DNA of 42,495 nucleotides from Phoronis australis (taxonomy: Eukaryota; Animalia; Phoronida): contig NMRA01000586.1 of NCBI GenBank assembly GCA_002633005.1, positions 46,844 to 89,338 on the forward strand. Reading direction: 5' to 3'. The notes below the pieces were generated by a model that saw only the letters and a list, made by a program, of their open reading frames with translations, was not told the origin of the DNA and made no database searches. Made by a program: the position numbers and the translations under genes. Positions within the stretch are counted from its first letter, which is position 1; the number at the start of each line of letters is the position of its first letter. This document shows, one piece after another, positions 36,433 through 42,495 of this stretch.

Positions 36433-39306
36433 GAAAATAAGTGTAAGATTTCGGAATAGTGTAATATATACTGTACATGAGAATTTCAAACGTTAACATG
36501 ACTAGTTGTTCATACTATGGGAAAAGCAATAAGGGACACAGGCACTAGCGATGATAAAATCTTCAGTATAAATATTACACTTCACAGGATGAGCAAAACA
36601 TGCACTAAGCACTGTTGAGATAGCCTACCGAAATCTTTTAAACTAACAATTATAAACTCTGCAATATAAACAATACACTTTATACAATGAATATGTAACA
36701 AATATACACACCCAAATAGTGTTACATGCAATCCCTGATGAGATCATCCATAAGTATGAATCCCTCCATGTAAACAATAACTCACATGGTGAGCAAAATA
36801 TTTAAAGTGGGACTTAACTACAACATAGAAACCTTCAAAATTTGTGTCATAGCAGTACAAGGTTCTACTACTTGACAAAACACCATAAGTGATATAACTG
36901 CTGAGATCACTACCTTCACGAGGAAAAGTTATCAATATAATAATATGAAACATGGGTTTGAGCAAAGTACCGGTAGGTGCACAATACTGCTATCCCTGGT
37001 GGAACCAGTCACTGAAAACCGCAATAAATTGCACACCTCACAAGATGACAATAATATGTATACAAGAATTTGCTTTTCAAGATAACCATGTGGAAATGAC
37101 AGGGTCATTGCAGAACTTGGTAAAAAATCTGCATTTCAGCCTAAAAAACAACCATTTTCAAAACCACACCAGGAGTCACTGAATAAAAATACTAAAAAAG
37201 ACAGTATGTAATTCATTTCTTGGGATGCAAACAATAACTATCCTAAACTGAAAAGATCAGTCATCCAAGGCTTGAAGAATATTCAAAATAGATACACTGG
37301 TTAAGCAATAAACTAGTAACAACAATAACGGAGACATGTCGCAATAAATACATCCCTAGTTTTATAGGAGTAAAACTAGCATTTCAAGCTCAACAATGCC
37401 CATACAACACAAGCAGCTTACACATTTCCATAACCACACAGGCAATACTGGTGTGGTACATGAATGAGGTGCACACACTATGCATTCATACACATGTGAG
37501 TAGGACATTCTCACTGACCACAATGGTCAACAAAGCTGCATGCAGAATACTACCCTGCTGGCATCTCAAAGCATTTGATATACATAGAACATTGGAAATG
37601 AGTGGAGGGCACACTAATAAATGCTCTGGTGGGGCCCTTAAATCCAGTAAGGTCATACGCTGTTCAGCAAAAAAAAAACAGCTTTTCAAACAAATTTCCA
37701 AACACAGTACAACACTTTCAAACACGATTAAGTGCCAAAAATACCGGAATTGATACCTGGGCCCTGTCATTGATCTTTTTACAGGAATTGGAACTCGAAA
37801 TTACGTTTGGAATTTTGTACTCTACTTTTGTGCGAACTTAAGACAGGTGGCTATTATCCTATGCTCCTATTAGTGTTAGTTTACAGTTGATAAACCCAAG
37901 AAGAATCCAGTACAATAAACTGGTATGTTATGAAATCCATTCTAGTTACTTCACGAAAAATAAGCAGAGCTTGGAATGAGCAATAACAAAAACAGCGGAG
38001 AAATTTCCAGCTGATGTATGATACACAAAAAATAGGTTTGGGTGATAGACATTTTTGGATGTAAAATTTACCTGAACTAAACATTTAATGAAGTCGAAAA
38101 AATCATAAAAAGAGGAAACTGGAAATCCAATCAGAGAAAATCGACACCAAAAAAGGAATTCCTCTTAAAAGACGGAAATCCCAAGCCCTGATCAAGTCTG
38201 TATTCTCCAGGCTTCAACGTGTACATAAATGCAACTGTCAAGCGGTATACCTTCTTGAAATTGTCACGGCAAGCTCTCTGAAATGTAAACAGTCACAGTT
38301 TTGGTGGTGTGATTTTAAAACTTCTGGTGCTGATGACCTTGTGCACGTGCAGTAGTGTACCACAGCTTACACTCATGTAGTCAGAAGGTCACATCACTGT
38401 TTGGAAGGGCATCATTTTTTAGAGGGATTGTTGAGTGTTGCTCAATGCTCAGGACTCAGGAGTTTTGGGAAGCAGTTGAACGAATTAGAAACCAACGATG
38501 AAAACATTCATGAAAAGAAACCAAACCCCATAAAACGCTTTAATGAGTGGTTCGAAAAAGAGGAGATAAAAGTACATGTGCACTGTCAAGCAAGAGCTGC
38601 ATGATAGTAAGAAAAGGTTCAACAAGTGAAATACAGTTTACTCACTGGTAAATATTAAACTAAGCAATCAGGGTGTAGACTGGACTGGATTATTTTGTAA
38701 ACAAAAGTCAAGAGTGAACAATAGGGCCAGGTGTGCAGGACTAAGGGTTAAGCTAGTACTGGTATGCAGAATACAATGGCTTATCAATATATTATGTCAT
38801 CAAATTCAGTCAACAGAGAGTGCACTATGGCAAGGGGGTTGGGGGGATCTACAGAAAACAATGAAATGAAACATAAACAAATGTAAAGAAATGAGAACAA
38901 GGTAACAAAGACACGGCTGAAGATTGCTGTCTCCACCTCTTATTAATAAAACTTAAATGGTAATTTAAAACAATGGCTTGACATTATTTCATTTGCGAAC
39001 ACCATTCCAAAAATTCTGGATCTGCCACTGGCATTGAAAATCCCGGAATACCAATTCAATCCGACAACATCGGACTTGTTACAGTAAATCTACTTCACAA
39101 AGAACAAACACAACATTGAAGGCACCATGGTATATTCGCTCAGACGTTTATCTTTCACTAAGTAACAATGTTTCTCTGACTTTAAATGTGGTAGATGTAC
39201 ATAGTCTGTAATTTCATGAACACAAAATCCCACGCAAACACGGTATACTTTATCTATACAGCCAACAGCATCATGCGAGCATAAGGGATGACAAAAAAAT
39301 ACTTAC

Positions 39307-39514
39307 GTTTTTCTTCACCAGGTCCAGGTACCGAGCCCGACGTAGTCGATCGGCTCAGCCTCTCACGAATCACGGCTCGACGAGCTGGTCAAACTCAGAC
39401 GGCCATCCAGGAAAACCGACGTGAATTCCCAGCGCTGTCATTTACTCCCCGCTCAATTGCTTCCTTCCAATGGCCGTTTTCGTCAACTGCCTGCATTTTC
39501 TGTCCATCTTCCAT
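39307..39514 (-). pseudogene. First exon encoding a Tudor/Agenet/MBT-like (Royal family) domain, disrupted
   Basis: AAAATG start, then MEDGQKMQAVDENGHWKEAIERGVNDSA / frameshift / GIHVGFPGWPSEFDQLVEP*FVR, then a GTAAGT donor. Matches G.K..AVD..G.W..A...VHF.GW...FD..V. Confidence 0.55.
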
Positions 39515-40065
39515 TTTGAAACGGCTACTTTTGAATTGAGAGCAAAAACAACAACACAGCCATCCTCACGTGTTGGCCGGACTCACTACTCACCACCATG
39601 CGCGAGTTAGGTCCTTATAGACATGTTCACCAAAATGAAACTGCTGTTTTCTTGTTAAAATATAGAGTACGATTTTACTTACATTTTGATAATTTACCAT
39701 GCAAATAGTTTAAAAATGACAATTATAAGTCGATTTTGACGTCTTCCTTTGTTGACAGTGAAACCGCATTACCGCGTAGTAATCTTGTGTGACGATTCTC
39801 TGAGTGTGCAGGGCTAGCCTGGACTGAAAGTGAAATATCTCGGCCAAAACTTCATCGATTTTCGTGGGAGAAAAACGCTTGTTTTCAGAATTTTACGAGG
39901 AATTTGTTGATGAATCTTTTACATGTCATTGAAAAAGGCGAAAATACAAACGCGCGAGCCATATTTCTTCAGGCAGCCCTTAGCGGCTTCACTGGCAATA
40001 AAATGTAATCGACCGAATAGATTCATCCACCACAGATTTACCCTGTGGTTTTTCCGCTTGATCCC

Positions 40066-40107
40066 AGACCGCCCCGAGTTGCTCCAGCAGCCAACTCGGG
40101 GCGGTCT
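40066..40107. repeat. Perfect 16-bp GC-rich hairpin
   Basis: AGACCGCCCCGAGTTG-ctccagcagc-CAACTCGGGGCGGTCT. Confidence 0.9.
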
Positions 40108-40195
40108 CTCACGAGGGTTTAGCGTTATGAACAGGTGCGATAGGAGCAGCAGGAGCACACGTTGAATGTCATGAGATGCAGATTGAGCTAGCAAA

Positions 40196-42180
40196 GTTTC
40201 GATATGCTAACAAAAAATTATCCAATTTGTTTTGAATCGAACCGCTTTCAGGTTTCGCAGCTTTCAAGCCGTGCTTTAATGATTGTACAAATCTTTCAGC
40301 TTGACCATTAGTAGATGGATGAAATGGTGGATTTAATTGATGATTAATCCCTTTTTCACTTACAAATCTCTTAAATTCACCGGAAGTGAACTGTGGACCA
40401 TTGTCCGAAACTAAGATCTTTGGAAATCCATATCTACTAAACAATGAGTTGAGAATACTGATCGTTTTCTCACTTGTAGTTCGCTTCATGATAAAAACCT
40501 CTGGCCATTTAGAAAATACATCTACCACTATGAAAAACATTTTGTTTTCGTAGGGTCCTGCAAAATCTATATGAATACGCTCCCATGGTTGAGAACTTGG
40601 TATCCATGGATGTAATGGTGCTTGAGTTGGATTGTTTCGGATGAGTTGACAAAACTCGCAATTTCTTGCAGTGTGCTCTATGGATTTGTCCAAGTTTGGC
40701 CACCATACATATGAACGAGCAACAGCTTTCATTTTCACAACCCCAATATGNTGAATACGCTCCCATGGTTGAGAACTTGGTATCCATGGATGTAATGGTG
40801 CTTGCGTTGGATTGTTTCGGATGAGTTAGTTTGCTCTATGGATTTGTCCAAGTTTGGCCACCATACATATGAATGAGCAACAGCTTTCATTTTCACAACC
40901 CCAATGTGTCCGAAATGCAATTCATTTATCGCCTTATTTCTACATTTTGGCGGTATTATTACTCTTAATCCCCAAAATAAACATCCATTTTCTATTGTAA
41001 GCTCATTTCTCCTGTAGAAAAAAGGCTTCAATACTTCATCAGTTTCTGATAATTTCTTTGGCCAACCATCAATGGTATACCTCATAACACTTGATAAAAC
41101 AGGATCGTTCCGCGTTTCCCGTTTGATAAGGTTATTTTCCACAGGCAAAATATCAACATGGAATACCTGAGCATAAGTTGGCTCATATTCATTTTCAGCT
41201 CGCTGCCAATCTTCAGCTGGTAATCTAGATAAACAGTCCGCGTTGGCGTTGGATTTGCTATTACAAAATTTGATATCGTAGTTGAATCCAGACAAATACA
41301 TTGCCCATCTTTGCATTCTTTCTGCTGCTAAAATAGGTAAGTCGGTTTTTGGACCAAAAATTGCAACAAGTGGTTTGTTAGTAATCAGTGTAAATTTCCG
41401 ACCATACAAATACGGATAGAACCGTTTCATAGCAAAGATTATCGCCAATGCTTCTCTTTCAGTTTGAGGGTATTTCTGTTTTACTCAGACTACGTGAAGC
41501 AAATTGAATGGGTCTTTCTTCACCATCAACAATGTGCGACAATACCGCACCTACACCTTCAGGAGATGCATCTGTTGCCACGGTTACCGGTAATTCTGAG
41601 TTAAAATGAACCAGGAATCCAGATTCTTTCAATGCGTTTTTTGACTTTTGAAAAGCTTTTTTAGNAAATACATTGCCCATCTTTGCATTCTTTCTGCTGC
41701 TAAAATAGGTAAGTCGGTTTTTGGACCAAAAATTGCAACAAATGGTTTGTTGTCAGTAATCAGTGTAAATTTCCGACCATACACATACGGATAGAACCGT
41801 TTCATAGCAAAGATTATCGCCAATGCTTCTCTTTCAATTTGAGGGCATTTCCTCTCTGTTTTGCTCAGACTACGTGAAGCAAATTGAATAGGTCTTTCTT
41901 CACCATCAACAATGTGCGACAATACCGCACCTACACCTTCAGGAGATGCATCCGTTGTCACGGTTACTGGTAATTCTGAGTTAAAATGAACCAGGAATCC
42001 AGATTCTTTCAATGCGTTTTTTGACTTTTGAAAAGCTTTTCTAGCTTTGGCTGTCCATTCAAACTTAATGGATTTCTGCAACATTGCAGTCAAAGGTGCA
42101 ATAACTGTGGACATATCTCTTATGTAGCGTCTGTAGTAATTTAGAAGACCCAAATAACTTCTTAGTCCAGACACATCTTT
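40196..42180 (-). mobile_element. pol: Ty3/Gypsy LTR retrotransposon pol fragment (RT thumb, RNase H, integrase zinc finger and core)
   Basis: LRSYLGLLNYYRRYI; TDASPEGVGAVLSH...QIEREALAIIFA...TDNKP (RNase H); ELHFGHIGVVKMKAVARSYVWWP...CEFC; WERIHIDFAGP, VSDNGPQFTS, HPSTNGQAERFVQ (DDE). Order RT-RH-IN. No LTR, gag or RT catalytic core in view. Confidence 0.95.
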
Positions 42181-42495
42181 TCAATGAGGGTCAGCCCTCT
42201 CAGCGAGCGACCGCTTCGCTATCCCAGTTGCCCGCGGTCGCTCATGACAAAGCCGTCCTAACAATAGCCCAAAAGTGAGCCAGCCAACCACACAAATCGC
42301 TTGTCCAGTATTACGTAAGCATTAACTAGGCCTTGAGCAGACACCAGAATAGAAGTTTCAGATATTGTAACCCAAGGCGGTTGAAACCAGGCGTGCGTTC
42401 AGTAGACGCTAGGACCTACGCTAGGACCTAGCTAAAACCTAGTCAAAGTCACGTGCTCTCATTAAAATACACGGCCATATCTCACGTAATCTCGC

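Noticed and set aside
40066-40107. Rho-independent terminator
   Set aside because: No U tract and no prokaryotic gene context.

Overview
This window is eukaryotic, AT-rich and repeat-dense, with GT-AG introns, a (GA)n run and scaffold gaps. The transposon (TE) repertoire suggests a marine invertebrate such as a hemichordate, echinoderm or amphioxus; that is inference only. I see no intact host gene, rRNA, CRISPR array or operon, and nearly all short ORFs in the track are noise or antisense frames. The window reads as a nested TE graveyard. Well-supported elements: three Penelope-like element (PLE) fragments, two carrying variant hammerhead ribozymes; two Helentron-type non-autonomous elements, one carrying about 11 co-oriented CTCF-like motifs; a Ty3/Gypsy pol fragment with probable assembly-overlap duplications; an AcademX-like deletion derivative; a THAP-domain relic; and MITEs/foldbacks. 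Less certain: two diverged copies of a spliced KDZ/Zisupton-like gene (one with a Ulp1-like tail) and a Tudor-like exon. All family assignments come from motifs recognised by eye, not from database searches. The best leads are the mobile CTCF-motif array, the mini-PLE with inverted ribozyme-bearing ends, the KDZ/Ulp1-like element, and a minus-strand bias of TE relics that could indicate a piRNA-cluster-like locus.
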